NCBI RefSeq assembly: GCF_964204645.1
Contig: NC_134026.1
Coordinates: forward strand, 13,204,050 to 13,268,049
DNA: 64,000 nt
From: Tubulanus polymorphus
Taxonomy: Eukaryota; Animalia; Nemertea
Reading direction: 5' to 3'
Position numbers and translations under genes: made by a program
Notes under the pieces: generated by a model
Told to the model about the DNA's origin: nothing
Database searches by the model: none
Seen by the model: the letters and a program-made list of their open reading frames with translations, nothing else
Shown: positions 48,766 through 61,169 of the stretch, piece by piece
How positions within the stretch are numbered: the stretch's first letter is position 1
Layout: every line of letters begins with the position of its first letter

Positions 48766-49308
48766 TCAACTTATCCATATATTCATTATGTAAATATGTG
48801 GAATAATATCATTTTCCTCAAGTGCATTTTTCATCGATTTTCTATCTTTATTGTAGAATAAAACTAGAAATCTAATGTTTTCTCTAAAGTCTTTAACAAT
48901 TGAATTATATTTTTGGTTTAAAACCCAAGTTGTTATCCCAAAATGTCTGCCAGAAAAAGCTAAATAGCATAACTCACTCTCTCTAACTTTTGAATCATGT
49001 AGATTAGCACAATCATCTATAATGAATAATGTATTTGATCCTTTATAAATATCAATTGCTATTTTAATACAATTATCTAAATTTTCTTTTACTGTTTTAG
49101 GATCTAATATAATAAATTTATTATTTCTAGTAATATTTCTATCATAAGTTTGATTAAATTCATATGTTGGGCAAAATAATACTATATTATCAAAATAGTT
49201 TTTATAAACAGTTTCTAATAAATTTAATATAAAATAAGTTTTTCCACAATTTGTTACACCAGAAATTAACATATTATGAGGCTCAAATATAAATAATTCC
49301 TTATTCAT
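48766..49308 (-). CDS. A32/FtsK-HerA-like genome packaging ATPase
   Basis: Walker A SGVTNCGKT, Walker B LFIIDD, arginine-finger GRH and sensor Q (LNQKY). The C-terminus may be frameshifted. Confidence 0.88.
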   Translation of the reverse strand: MNKELFIFEPHNMLISGVTNCGKTYFILNLLETVYKNYFDNIVLFCPTYEFNQTYDRNITRNNKFIILDPKTVKENLDNCIKIAIDIYKGSNTLFIIDDCANLHDSKVRESELCYLAFSGRHFGITTWVLNQKYNSIVKDFRENIRFLVLFYNKDRKSMKNALEENDIIPHIYIMNIWIS

Positions 49309-50436
49309 TTATATATTTTTAATTTTACTTGATAATATCCATTCATTGAATTTATCTGGCCATCTAACCCATTTTACTAAAGAATATTTTTTTCTTTTAA
49401 TAATTTTTGTTTTTAATACTTTTTCAATTTTATATTCTTGTTCTAGATTTTCAGTAGTTAAACTCAATTCTTCTTCGTAAAAGTAGCCATCAACTTCTTC
49501 ACTATCTAAATCTTCTAATTTATAGACATATGGTTTTGTTGTTATAACCTTTTTTATTTTATATATTTCTCTAGTAAAATTTCGATCGTATCCTTTGTCA
49601 AATATCTTTTTATACTTAGAAATTCTAACATTTTGACCAACTTTAAATCTAGGTTCACCAAAATCATCTACAAGAAATGCTCCATATAAATTATTCCAAA
49701 CAATTTCAGCATTTTCAGGTTTTCCAGCATCAATAGGTTTCATTCCAATAGAAGAATGATAAGAATTATTACATCCTTCTATCAATTTTGGTAAAACATC
49801 AATCCATTTAAAAGTATTATTTGCTGTAAAATATTTCCACATTCTTGTTCTTAATGTTCTATTAAATCGTTCAACAACTGCTGCTTTTTTATCCGATTTT
49901 GTTGAAAAATATTTAATATTATGATTATCTAAGAGTTCATGAACAAGTGAATTATCAAACTCTTTTCCATCATCAAATTGTATTTTTTCTGGTTTTAGTT
50001 TATCATCCGAAAGAAATTTTCTTAAAACATTTGATGTTTGTACATCATCTTTTCTATAAAGTGGGAAGCTCCATACATAACGACTAAAAATATCAATTAT
50101 ATTCAATAACCACCAATAATCATCATTATCTTTCTTAACATTTTTTATATCAATTAAATCTCCTTGCCATTGTTGATCTACATAACTTACCATAGTTTTA
50201 CGAGTTTTATATTTTCTAACAATTCTTTTATGTGTTGTGTATGTTGGTTGTTCTAACTTAAATTCATTTATATCTTTATATTTAACTAAATTTTGTGGGA
50301 TTATCTTATCTAATTTATCTTGTTTTACTTGACGCCATATATTTTTAGTAGAAGAATAAGCAACCGAACTCTCAGGGTTGTAATATAAATTTCTTAAATA
50401 TTGTTCTTTAGTATTAGGAGTTTTTTTACCACCCAT
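49309..50436 (-). CDS. Retroviral-like (rve) integrase with a C-terminal chromodomain
   Basis: WQGDLID, IQFDDGKEF and VVERFNRT form the DDE triad; FKVGQNVRI; chromo YKIEKVL..LVKW..W. ORF intact. Confidence 0.95.
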   Translation of the reverse strand: MGGKKTPNTKEQYLRNLYYNPESSVAYSSTKNIWRQVKQDKLDKIIPQNLVKYKDINEFKLEQPTYTTHKRIVRKYKTRKTMVSYVDQQWQGDLIDIKNVKKDNDDYWWLLNIIDIFSRYVWSFPLYRKDDVQTSNVLRKFLSDDKLKPEKIQFDDGKEFDNSLVHELLDNHNIKYFSTKSDKKAAVVERFNRTLRTRMWKYFTANNTFKWIDVLPKLIEGCNNSYHSSIGMKPIDAGKPENAEIVWNNLYGAFLVDDFGEPRFKVGQNVRISKYKKIFDKGYDRNFTREIYKIKKVITTKPYVYKLEDLDSEEVDGYFYEEELSLTTENLEQEYKIEKVLKTKIIKRKKYSLVKWVRWPDKFNEWILSSKIKNI

Positions 50437-50466
50437 TTATATATCCTTAATTTTAACTTTATATTT

Positions 50467-51710
50467 CTAATATTGAATTCTATCTAATTGTGAATTTACA
50501 ATATTTAATTGTGCGTCAGATATAATATAAATGTGCATTTTAAAATTTAAGCTTCCTTTTTTCTTTTTCATAAATAATTGTATTCCATCTTTAGTGTTCT
50601 GTAGTCTTTTCCCAGAACCATGTAATGAATTATCCTCTGTTGTTCTAAAATCTAACCATAATGCATATTTATTGCCGGTATAATAATCAATTTGATTAAT
50701 ATTACAATTTTCAAATGATTTTACTTTTTCATTCATAAAATGTTTTCTAATTTCTGGCCACTGATCTATCATTCTCATTCCTTGGCAAAATATTTTATTT
50801 GCTATTCCTTCGATAGTTATTTCTACTTTTGTTATTTCAGGATTATGATAATTATCTACCTTTATTGCACCATTAGAATATGTTGCAATGGTAAAAAATA
50901 TTAATATACCTTTAATAGATCTTGGGAAGTTAATATTCTCATTAATTATTTCATCATTTGCATTAATAGTTACAGTTTTAAATTTATCAATATAATCATA
51001 TAATAATGAAAATCCTTAATTGTATTGAGTTTGAATTGTGCTAGCAATATTTTCATTAGTTAATGTGTCATATTCTAAACATATATTTGATAATTTATAA
51101 CCCATATCTTTAACAACGCTACATAATACAATTTCATTTACAGGAGCAAATGTTATCTCAAATATAAAATCTTCTTGAATTACATATTTATATAAAGGTG
51201 CATTATTATTTATCAATTCAAAGTCCAATGGAATTTTATATTTGCTTCCATAAATCTTTTTAATCAAATTATCTGTGGCACGAGTTACTATTGCGTCATT
51301 AGCTCCTGATCTTAATTTATTTAGCTTTCCGATTGAATACCTTGAAATATCATATTATTTCTATTTTCTTTAGTTAACCATAAATCTTTATAATGCATAA
51401 ATAAATTATAATCATCTAATGAGAAAACTGTTTCTGGACCAATCTTTATAGTTAATTTTTTAATCAAATATCTCCCAACATTATCAACAACATAATTATT
51501 ATCATGATCAATTACTTTTATATCAGCTGATAAATAAATACTATTTGGAACATAAAAAGTATTTTGTGTTAATCTAGGAATTCTAACATATAAAGTTTCA
51601 TCGGGATTAATATTTGAAGGATTATGTGTAATTATGTGATGTGATCTTTCTGCTTTAATAGCATTAGATATTCTAGAAATCTTAGAAGGACTTACATAAC
51701 TCCCACTCAT
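50467..51710 (-). pseudogene. Putative major capsid protein, disrupted
   Basis: Three ORF pieces homologous to 36149-37396. Confidence 0.65.
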
Positions 51711-51730
51711 TTATTTAACAAAAAAATTAT

Positions 51731-53188
51731 TTATTTTTTATTATTTTTTTCTTGATATCTTTTTGATATCATATTCACTAACCCAAAAATAATAGCACTT
51801 ACAACTGTAATTAAAAATAAAATAATATGTTCAGCAGCAAAGTTAAGAATATTCCCAGCAGATTTCAATATAAAACCAACAATTGATGCAATAATTCCTG
51901 GTAAAGCTGCAGCAGATTTTTTAGATAGTTCCCATAAATATTTTGCTAATTTCTTTAAACCATCTTTAACTTTATCTTGTATAGAATTATTATCATTCGG
52001 GGGTTTATCCGGTTTATTGGGAGTAGGAGTAGATTTCAAAGCATTTGATATTGCTAAACCAATTGTTGTAAATAACAAAGTTACAGCTGTTAGAATTGAA
52101 AGAATTGTTATTCCTTCTAATTTAAATAATAACTTTATGCTATCTTTCAATGATATTTCAGAATTTGGTTTTATCAATAAATCTTTGAAAATAACTTTTA
52201 ATCTATTAATATTATAATCATATGATTTTAATAATAATTTAATTTCTTCTTTTTGTAATTCTATGTTATATCCTAAATCATCTTTTTCTTTTTCTAAACG
52301 TAATTCTTTTTGCCTATATTCTATTTCATCAATTACTTGATGATCTAAATCAGACTTTATTGTTCTATTTCTTTATTTTTATCAGTTAATTCTTTTTCTA
52401 AACTTCTAATTTTAAAATCTCATACTTTTATCATGCGCAATTTTATCAGATGCAAGTCTTATACATTTAATTTCTCTAATTGCTTCAACAGAAAATATAT
52501 CATTTCAATCTTCTAATTGTTGAACTGTTGCATCAATTAATCCATTCGGTAAAAGTTTTTCAATTGGAACTTTATTTGATTTAAGTTTACTAGTTTTGGA
52601 AGTTATATTCTGTTCAGAAGTTGTTTCTGTTTCTGATTTCTTTTTGATTATTTCAAATAATTCATTAATTCTTTGTTTAAATACGTCTATATTATCATCT
52701 CTTTCTTTTTGTGTAACATCAGTTATTTCATTACTATTACTTATTCTCTTAATTCTAAATGTTTCTAAATTTTTCAAAGTTGATTCCGCTAATATTTTTA
52801 GTTTTGTCCTTTGATTAGTGATATCAATATAATAATCACCTTTTAAACGATAATAACATTTACCATTATCTAAAAATTTTAATTTATATGCTAAAGGTCC
52901 AACGTTTTTATCATTTATGTTAAATTCAGAATTTTCAAATATATGTTTTAATTTAGGTATTTTGGTTAAATTATCTAAATCTTGTTTTACTAAATGTGGG
53001 TCTAAATTTTCAGGATTTAATTGTGATTCTGCATTTTTAATATAATCAGGCATATTTAAATTATTATTATATTCTGGCTCATTACCATCATTAAAACTTG
53101 TTTCACTAAAATCAGGTTGTTGTTCATCAGTTATGCCAGGTTCATCAAAATTATCCATTCCAATATCTTCTCCACCTTCTACATCCAT
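51731..53188 (-). pseudogene. Coiled-coil protein with C-terminal membrane segments
   Basis: Homologous to 34648-36118 but with a different N-terminus. Confidence 0.72.
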
Positions 53189-53204
53189 TTATATAATAAA
53201 AAAA

Positions 53205-54563
53205 TTAAAATTTAAAATATAATATTCCTCCTATAACAATTCCTATACAAGTTAAAGCTAATTTAGTATTTTCATGGGATTTATTATCATCATTTTGTTT
53301 AATTATATCATGTTGAATATTATCAGTTTTAATATTTTCTGTAGTATTGTAATCTTTTATTTTAGAATCATTATTTAATTTAATATTCTTAGTTTTAGTT
53401 TCTGTTGATTGAATGTGTTTTTTATTTTTTCACCTTCCATTAATTTTGGAGCAGTAATTATCTTTTTATTTATATCATTTAATCCAAATGAATTATTTAT
53501 TGTTGCAGTTTTAATTTGATTATTGTAACCAATTATGTTTCCCATCTTTTATACTAAATCATAAGAAATAATTAATAGATTAGGGCCTATACAATAATTC
53601 AATCTAATATGTGATTTATCTAAATAATTTTGATATCTTACAATGTTTTCTGGAATCGATCTATTTTTATCATTATGAATGGAATCTTCAAGTAATACTT
53701 TGAATTGATTTTGTGTATCAAATGATGTATTTAAATTTCCAATTATTGGGGATCTTGTTTCAACCTGTGATCCTAGAATACATATCAAATAAGTTCTAAA
53801 TAGATTGATTTATTCTTTGTATACCTGATTTTGTAAAACCTTCATTATTTTCTAAAATGAAACCCAACCATTATTGTTTTCTTGTTTTAAATTATCATAA
53901 AATTTCGGTAATTTATTGAAATTTAATGTTTCTAAATCCTATAGATTCTATAGATATTATAAGGCTATTAGATGGTAAGGGAAGTGCACAGTATTCTGCA
54001 ATCTTTTTAGGGCAAGGAAGTGATCTTATTGTTCCAATTTTTGTTCTAAAATCAGAATCATTTATATCTGTATTAAATTCATTACAAATTTTATAAAACT
54101 TTGATAAATTAATATTATTATCTAATTCTTTAAAATATCTAGATCCTGGTAAAGCGCACTCTAATTCATTTAATATTATTCTGATTTGAAAGTATGTATG
54201 AAATCTAAATAAACTTTGAATTAATTTATATTTAGAATTATTCAAATGATCATTCCAACTAATTCCACAACCTGTTGTTGCACAATAAACGGTAAAATTT
54301 GATTGGTTCTGCCAATACTTCATATTAGATTTTAATAACCATTGTTTTTCATCTTTCAATTTTTTAAAATTAATTAAATATACATGAAATATATTTTCCA
54401 TCTTTGCATTAAAATTATTAGTTTCAGTAACATAAATTTCTAAATTAGTTAATGAATCTAAAACTTCATTTCTATATGTAATATCTTTATTAAAATCTAT
54501 TGCTGGAATATTATATTTAATTGATTTATTATATTGGAAAGCTTTTGGAAAACTATCTACCAT
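53205..54563 (-). pseudogene. Conserved hypothetical structural-block protein
   Basis: Pieces homologous to 25385-26569, with frameshifts. Confidence 0.72.
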
Positions 54564-54579
54564 TTATATAATAAATAAA

Positions 54580-55014
54580 TTAATAATTTATTAATTCTTT
54601 TAATAATTTATCTTGTTCTTCAACTGTTATATGGCCATTTAAACTTATTATATAATCGAGTGTATTCTTTAATTTATTGATTTCTTTTATATTAGTTTTA
54701 ATTTTTTCTTTATTACTTTTTATATTTAATTTTGAACTTATACCAGTTAAAACACTTGAACTTAATCCTAATACACCAATTGATATAGCTAAAGGTGTTA
54801 ATGGACTGAATATTGCTAGAAATGTTATTACAGAACTAATTGTAACCGAACCATTAATAATAAGATAATATATAATTTTACTTTTTAGATATTTTTTCTT
54901 TTTAACTTTTAAATCACTTTCAAATTCTAATATTTGTTTTTCTTAATATATTTTTAATTTTGTTTTATTTATATCATGAGGAATAATATCAATATTATCA
55001 ACTTTATCTTCCAT
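54580..55014 (-). CDS. Two-TM membrane protein copy (possibly disrupted)
   Basis: Nucleotide homology to 32880-33314 on the minus strand. Confidence 0.6.
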
Positions 55015-55409
55015 TTATCGAAAAAAAATTACTAATTAGTAAATTTATATGCTAAAAATATAACAATAACAGTTTCGCCTAAAATCCAAATTATTTCATA
55101 TTTCTGTTGTTCTTTACTTGGGGTATAATAATCTGATATTGTATAGGAGGAATATATTTTTGTTTTTCCAAATAATCAATAGTTAAATTAGATAAAGTAA
55201 CTGCTAATGTTAATTTTAAAATATCAAATCTATCAACATTAACACTTCCCATTTTGAATACTTTTTTAATACCATTGAATAACCAACAGTTCCAACTGAT
55301 AGTAAGGCGCCATTATATAATCCAGTTATTATCCACTTATTATCACTCATTAATTAATCAAAAAAATTATCATCAAAATAATCATCAAAATATTTAGTTA
55401 TCTTAGTTC

Positions 55410-55793
55410 TGTAACCGGCTGGTTGTTGTATCGGCAGGCTGGCTGGGGAACTAGCATTTACACCAGCGGTACATGATTCCATCCATCAGGAACAACAAGG
55501 CAGTTAAACCTTATATGTACAATCTTTATTGCATCCCGGAATGAGAATGATTATCATAGCTTTACATAGTCTTTATATACAGAATCATGAGTATAATGTG
55601 AGAACTAGGTGTCAGACAAGTTGTAGACATCAGGACGCACAAACAAACACCTAGTGACATGTTTGAGAGACATTAATTAATTATCGATGAGCACTGACTA
55701 TAGCTAATCATCGTGAAAACATGTTGAATAATGTCACATGTTGATTACGACCTTACGAAGCACATATTGACACTATAGTCATAAGTTATATTA

Positions 55794-55845
<52 letters not shown>

Positions 55846-57988
55846 AATATGTAGTAGAGCTATGAAATGTTATGAACTGTTCGATATGACATTGTAGATC
55901 TATATGATTATGAAATATGCAAATTATATCAGGGTGACAGATGCCCCCTTGTCCAATTAAATTTTGTCCTCAAAATTTGCGGAAAACGCAGATACTATAA
56001 GTTCATCAAAACTCCTTCCATCGCGAAAACATGAAAGATTGACTTTCACCGCGCAAAAATGTGCAAACGCTGGACAGTAACATCCGGATTATCAGTCATT
56101 CACGAAAGAGTCACATGTTGTTGTCGTTATATACGGACGATGCGATGATACGTTAACTGTAATTTTGAATGATCTGCAAACGATCCCCGAATTCTGGTTG
56201 GTTCTGCGACGAACCGAAGTAGCGACGTGTTGTGTAGTTATAGCGTCCCGAAGATCAGTTGGTGATGCAAGTTGCAAGTAGTACGCATTTCTCTGTTTTG
56301 AAGATCTTTCGATTACTGACTGGAAATAACTTCGTGACACAATGATAGTAACATGCAACATTTGACATCAGAGCAGAGTTCAGGCAATGACACAACACAA
56401 ATACAGTTACCATTGTCAACCAAAAGGAAAAAATTATCATCATCCAAAATAAGTGGTCAGAAGTAAATAAAGAATAACCATAGTAATTGAGCAAAGATGA
56501 CACCACCAGCATAACTGAACTGTTTTAACACCTATCATCGCAGTCTCAATTAATCCACGTTATATTATATCATTGATAAATTCATACCGTACCGTACACT
56601 GTTATGTCTCGTATTAGATTTACAATGACGTTATTTGCGTGTTTTCTACGAAAGATTTCATGCACTCTACTTAAAATGACTAGTATATATTAATTGAACG
56701 TATGAACTATCCGATCTTTGAACCGTTCAGGGCGTTAATAAACTGAAAATATACGTACGAGTAATAAGCTGATCAATTCATCGCTGATATCCATATGATA
56801 TCCTGGAAAGCTTAAGAAAACCTACTGTAGCTACTACTGAGTTTCGAAGAAATAGATTTTAAACGAGAAGCGTACTGACTTTGTGTGCCAGGAGGTGTTT
56901 CATACCAAGGCCATGCAGGGGGAGCGAACCGCCCAAATAAAACATAGTATTCTAAGACTCCCTGGTCGTTGAAACGTGTTGATACGGCTCGAGCGGCAGT
57001 AGGTATAATTTTTTAGAGCTCGGTTTCGGTGGGAGGCCTTTCATTTTCCAAGATGACATGATATATACCCCATACATGTTCAAGACTTTCTCCGTAATCA
57101 CTTACTTCAAACCAATCTCGTTTTGATGCCCGGTACCATGGACTGTCATGGTAATATTTTACGAATAGCACATTATTTTGAAATTTGGTAGCAACAACCG
57201 TTTTTCCTGTAGGGCATGGACATAATGCTCGACGATTTCCCGTCCGAATAGCCTCTTCGATAGCGACATTACTTGAATCTGAACTACTCTTAACGCTATC
57301 CTGATTCGTATGATCTTGGTGAGTTTTCGATCGAGCTGAACAATATACACTATTTACATTCTCATTATTTGATGAGTCTTCATTAGACATCTGATTATCA
57401 AATTCCTATGGCTGACAACAAGTTACCATAATGTGTTGTATCAACCAAAACAGCAGCGATTTCGGCGATCAGCACGGTCTTGTCACAAGTGTAGTTGAAT
57501 GCGATCTTCTATTTTGTGGTATGTTTCAGTCACAATCCGTATATCAGCAGCTTCATCTGTACTTGTGTAAGTCACGAGGACTTAAATTTGGGTTCTCCAC
57601 TATCTGTAACCGGCTGGTTGTTGTATCGGCAGGCTGGCTGGGGAACTAGCATTTACACCAGCGGTACAGGATTCCATCCATCAGGAACAACAAGGCAGTT
57701 AAACCTTATATGTACAATGTTTATTGCATCCCGGAATGAGAATGATTATCATAGCTTTACATAGTCTTTATATACAGAATCATGAGTATAATGTGAGAAC
57801 TAGGTGTCAGACAAGTTGTAGACATCAGGACGCACAAACAAACACCTAGTGACATGTTTGAGAGACATTAATTAATTATCGATGAGCACTGACTATAGCT
57901 AATTATCGTGAAAACATGTTGAATAATGTCACATGTTGATTACGACCTTACGAAGCACATATTGACACTATAGTCATAAGTTATATTA

Positions 57989-58043
<55 letters not shown>

Positions 58044-58099
58044 AATATGTAGTAGAGCTATGAAATGTTATGAAATATGCAAATTATATCAGGGTGACA
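55410..58099 (-). mobile_element. Non-autonomous LTR retroelement (about 2.7 kb) nested in Maverick copy C
   Basis: Direct repeats 55410-55939 and 57605-58099 bounded by TGT...ACA, each with a (TTA)n tract. On the minus strand, a PBS-like TAGTGGAGAA follows one LTR and purine tract GGACAAGGGGG precedes the other. No gag/pol and no clean TSD. Confidence 0.7.
57013..57390 (-). CDS. Hypothetical protein inside the LTR element
   Basis: 125-aa ATG-initiated ORF about 200 bp downstream of the putative PBS; no recognised domain. Confidence 0.4.
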   Translation of the reverse strand: MSNEDSSNNENVNSVYCSARSKTHQDHTNQDSVKSSSDSSNVAIEEAIRTGNRRALCPCPTGKTVVATKFQNNVLFVKYYHDSPWYRASKRDWFEVSDYGESLEHVWGIYHVILENERPPTETEL

Positions 58100-58405
58100 G
58101 ATTAATTCAACATTTATTTCATTAATAGTTTCATTTGTATATATTTCAATTATTATTTTTTTAATATCATCGATGATAAAATCTTTATCTAATTCATAAA
58201 ATCTTAAAGATTCTCTAATTAAATTAGTAATATTTTCTACATTTAAAGTTTCTTTATCTATTGTTTTTTCATACTCAAATGTTGTTTCATTAGAAAATGC
58301 AATATTTTTGATATGTGTAATTACATCATCAATGTTAAATTTCATTTCTTTCTCACGTTTAAAATCAAACCCAAAACATATACTCGGTCCAACAGTTATA
58401 TTCAT
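58058..58405 (-). CDS. Hypothetical protein (homologue of 31845-32147)
   Basis: Near-identical; its end runs into the LTR insertion. Confidence 0.65.
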   Translation of the reverse strand: MNITVGPSICFGFDFKREKEMKFNIDDVITHIKNIAFSNETTFEYEKTIDKETLNVENITNLIRESLRFYELDKDFIIDDIKKIIIEIYTNETINEINVELICHPDIICIFHNIS

Positions 58406-58421
58406 TTATATAGTGAAAAAA

Positions 58422-59182
58422 TTACTCTTTACGTCTTATAACTAGTTCATAAATTACAGGAAAGTTATTCAAATCAATTAAATAACCATTATGATTTCTT
58501 ATTTCTAATTTAAAATTATTGAAATGTGGAATACAAGGTTTAAAATCACATTCAGCTAAATTATAATTTATTTGCGTTCCAAATTGTTTAACATTTTTTA
58601 ATGGTAAAATATTTGATATACTAGAATTATAAATTGTATCTTTAGTTGCTTCAAATGTTTTTGTTGGGTCAATTAAATTGCAATAAATATAAAAATGTGT
58701 AAAAGGTATTAAGTTTGATCTACCTTCTGCGTATGCTGTAACAATATCTGGGTTAATTCCTAACAGTTTACCTAAAGGTTTTCTTACTGTAAATTTAAAT
58801 TGGCTAATTCATTAGCTAACCTAATCTTTATTTTATTAGAACTATCACTTTTTAAAATTCTAATACTAAATCCGGAATCACTTCCTAATTTAGCTCGAGC
58901 TTTTCTATTAATTTCTTGTGCTAATGTATCTAAATTATATAATCCTGGTTTTAAATATATAAAAAACCATTTATTCCTTTTTTTGCAAAAGATTGAAAAA
59001 ATTAAATGTTCTAGACTTTTATCCGATATATTGTAAAATGAGTTACATAAACTTATATTTACTAATTTTAAATCAACACAATTCTTAAATTCTCTATCTA
59101 ATTGTATTAGTAAATTATGTGATTTATAATTTGTTAGTTTTCTAGAATCAACAAATATTCTGTATTCTTTTAATTCTACCAT
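58422..59182 (-). pseudogene. Putative minor capsid (penton) protein, frameshifted
   Basis: Homologous to 31073-31827. Confidence 0.65.
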
Positions 59183-59230
59183 TATTTATAACATAAAAAA
59201 ATTAATTTTAATAAAATTTTTCGTAAATAA

Positions 59231-59680
59231 ATGGATGAGAAGATACCATGCAAAATTTGTGGTGAACTTCTAAGAAAAAGTAATATGGCTCGACATATGA
59301 AAAAACATGATGAAAATTATAAACCCCCTAAACTAAACTGTCCAAAATGTAATAAATTATTCTCAAGAAATTATGTTAAAAAACATTCAGAGAAGTGTAA
59401 AATTAATGGCGCAACGGCTAATGTTGATAGTATTGAAAGTAATAGTAATTCTGTTGAAGTTGAACCTGAAATTATTTGGAAAAGACCTTTCTTATTCTAT
59501 GATAAGGATAATATAAAAGATCATTTCTGTAAGCCTTGTCGAATAAAATATAGCCCTGAAAATATAGAAGATTGGGAGAATCATCAATTTCGTAAAGCAC
59601 ATATAGATAAAATTTCTAATAAATTTGAAGCAGAATTCAATGAAAGAAAAAATAGTTTATTAGAAAAAAATAAAATATGA
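59231..59680 (+). CDS. C2H2 zinc-finger protein
   Basis: CKICGELLRKSNMARHMKKH, CPKC..H..C and CKPC..H..H; T-run plus TAAATG start. Confidence 0.75.
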   Translation: MDEKIPCKICGELLRKSNMARHMKKHDENYKPPKLNCPKCNKLFSRNYVKKHSEKCKINGATANVDSIESNSNSVEVEPEIIWKRPFLFYDKDNIKDHFCKPCRIKYSPENIEDWENHQFRKAHIDKISNKFEAEFNERKNSLLEKNKI

Positions 59681-60272
59681 GAAAACGTTACCAGATAATA
59701 AAGAAACAGTTGAAAAGTTAGAAAAACAATATAATGAATTAACAAGAAAAACATATTATTGTAAATATTGTAAATTGATTATTACAACAAGTAATTCAAA
59801 TCTACATAATAGAACAATAAAACATAAAGAAAACGTAAGAAAATACCAAGAGCTTAATGAAGATCTATTACAAAGAAATTATAAACAAAAATGCCCACAA
59901 TGTCATTATGCGACCTTAAGACAAGAGGGAACTATGTTATTCTGTAATGAATGTGGATGGCAAAAGAATTTATGGGGTGAAGAAAAAACTAGAGATTTTC
60001 TCATAGAACCAAAATTAAATTATCTAGATGAAATTTTTAAAATATTTACTATAGAAGATCATACACCAGAATATATGCAATGGCTTGAAAAAATGAAAAT
60101 AATAGAAAATAAAAATGGTGAAATAACTAAAAAAGATATTATAAAAACAATTATTCCATCAACATTTAACACAAAACAAAAGAAAATGTATCTATATTTA
60201 TTATTTAACGATTATTATGAAAAACCTAAATTAACAGAAGAAGATATGGAAAATATAAAAAAAAATATTTAA
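59677..60272 (+). CDS. Zinc-finger / zinc-ribbon protein
   Basis: YYCKYCK..H..KH and CPQC..CNECGW; probable ATG near 59677, upstream of the listed ORF. Confidence 0.55.
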
Positions 60273-60282
60273 ACAAATATTA

Positions 60283-60561
60283 ATGTATCATTTGGAAAAT
60301 AGAATAACAGATTCAATTAATTATGAATTCTTTTTAAATAAGATTGTAAATTATTTAAACATCGATATTATAATTCCATTTGACGAATTAACAAACAAAA
60401 AGAAACAAAGAGAGCGATATGAAATGTGGTACAAGATAGAACTTTATTTAAATGAGAAAAATGAAATGGAAGAACCTAAACAAATTATACAAGAACAATT
60501 AAATGAAAATGAAGAAGCCAATAGTGATTTCGAGTATGATGATATTGATTTTATGTTTTAA
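60283..60561 (+). CDS. Small acidic hypothetical protein
   Basis: 92-aa ORF converging on the pPolB stop. Confidence 0.45.
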   Translation: MYHLENRITDSINYEFFLNKIVNYLNIDIIIPFDELTNKKKQRERYEMWYKIELYLNEKNEMEEPKQIIQEQLNENEEANSDFEYDDIDFMF

Positions 60562-60685
60562 TGGCCATAAGGTAATGTTTTTATACCATCATCTAAAATA
60601 TGCCTTTTATCATCAAATGGATTCAAACTAGTTTTTTCAACTTCATTAATGTACATCTCGTGATCTTCTGATCTTAAACAATTCA
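60558..60685 (-). pseudogene. polB: Extreme C-terminus of copy C pPolB, cut by the next element end
   Basis: NCLRSEDHEMYINEVEKTSLNPFDDKRHILDDGIKTLPYGH, the canonical Maverick pPolB tail. Confidence 0.88.
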
Positions 60686-61089
60686 AGTAATAGGGGTAAT
60701 GGGCTTTCAGATCAAAGGTCGAAAGGTCGAGCTCATTAAAAAACATATATTAAAAGTAATTAAAAACTATAATATATTTTCATAACCGTGTGTATTTTAT
60801 ATTAAAACTAAATATTTATTCTAAGATATCAATAATCTAAAAAGCATATTGTATTAAATCAATTGGTCGCTCCGCTTCGCTACCGCTCCGCTCCGCGACC
60901 AATTGATTTATTTACAATACACAAATTCATATAATCAAATATATTCAAATGATAATAATTATTCTATTGTTCAACTGAAATACACACGGTTATGAAAATA
61001 TATTATAGTTTTTAATTACTTTTAATATATGTTTTTTAATGAACTCGACCATTCAACCTTTAACCCGAAAGCCCATTACCCCTATTACT
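60686..61089. repeat. Terminal palindrome (hairpin) 3, left end of element D
   Basis: Reverse complement of 42100-42508; starts AGTAAT directly against pPolB coding sequence. Confidence 0.88.
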
Positions 61090-61169
61090 CTTAGAATATT
61101 CATATAAATGAATAACATTTAAATCATTGAACTTCTAAAATCAATTTTAATAGAAAATTTGATATTAAA

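Larger units (their letters stand above)
46150..60685 (-). mobile_element. Maverick/Polinton-like virus fragment C (most complete gene set)
   Basis: ATPase, integrase, MCP, structural block, penton, zinc-finger genes and pPolB C-terminus; interrupted near 46545-47370 and at 55410-58099. Confidence 0.9.

Noticed and set aside
21146-59036. Antisense ORFs such as 21146, 23093, 34719, 35635, 38063, 40832, 47617 and 58800
   Set aside because: Shadows of genes on the opposite strand; they lack the element start motif and any recognisable domain.
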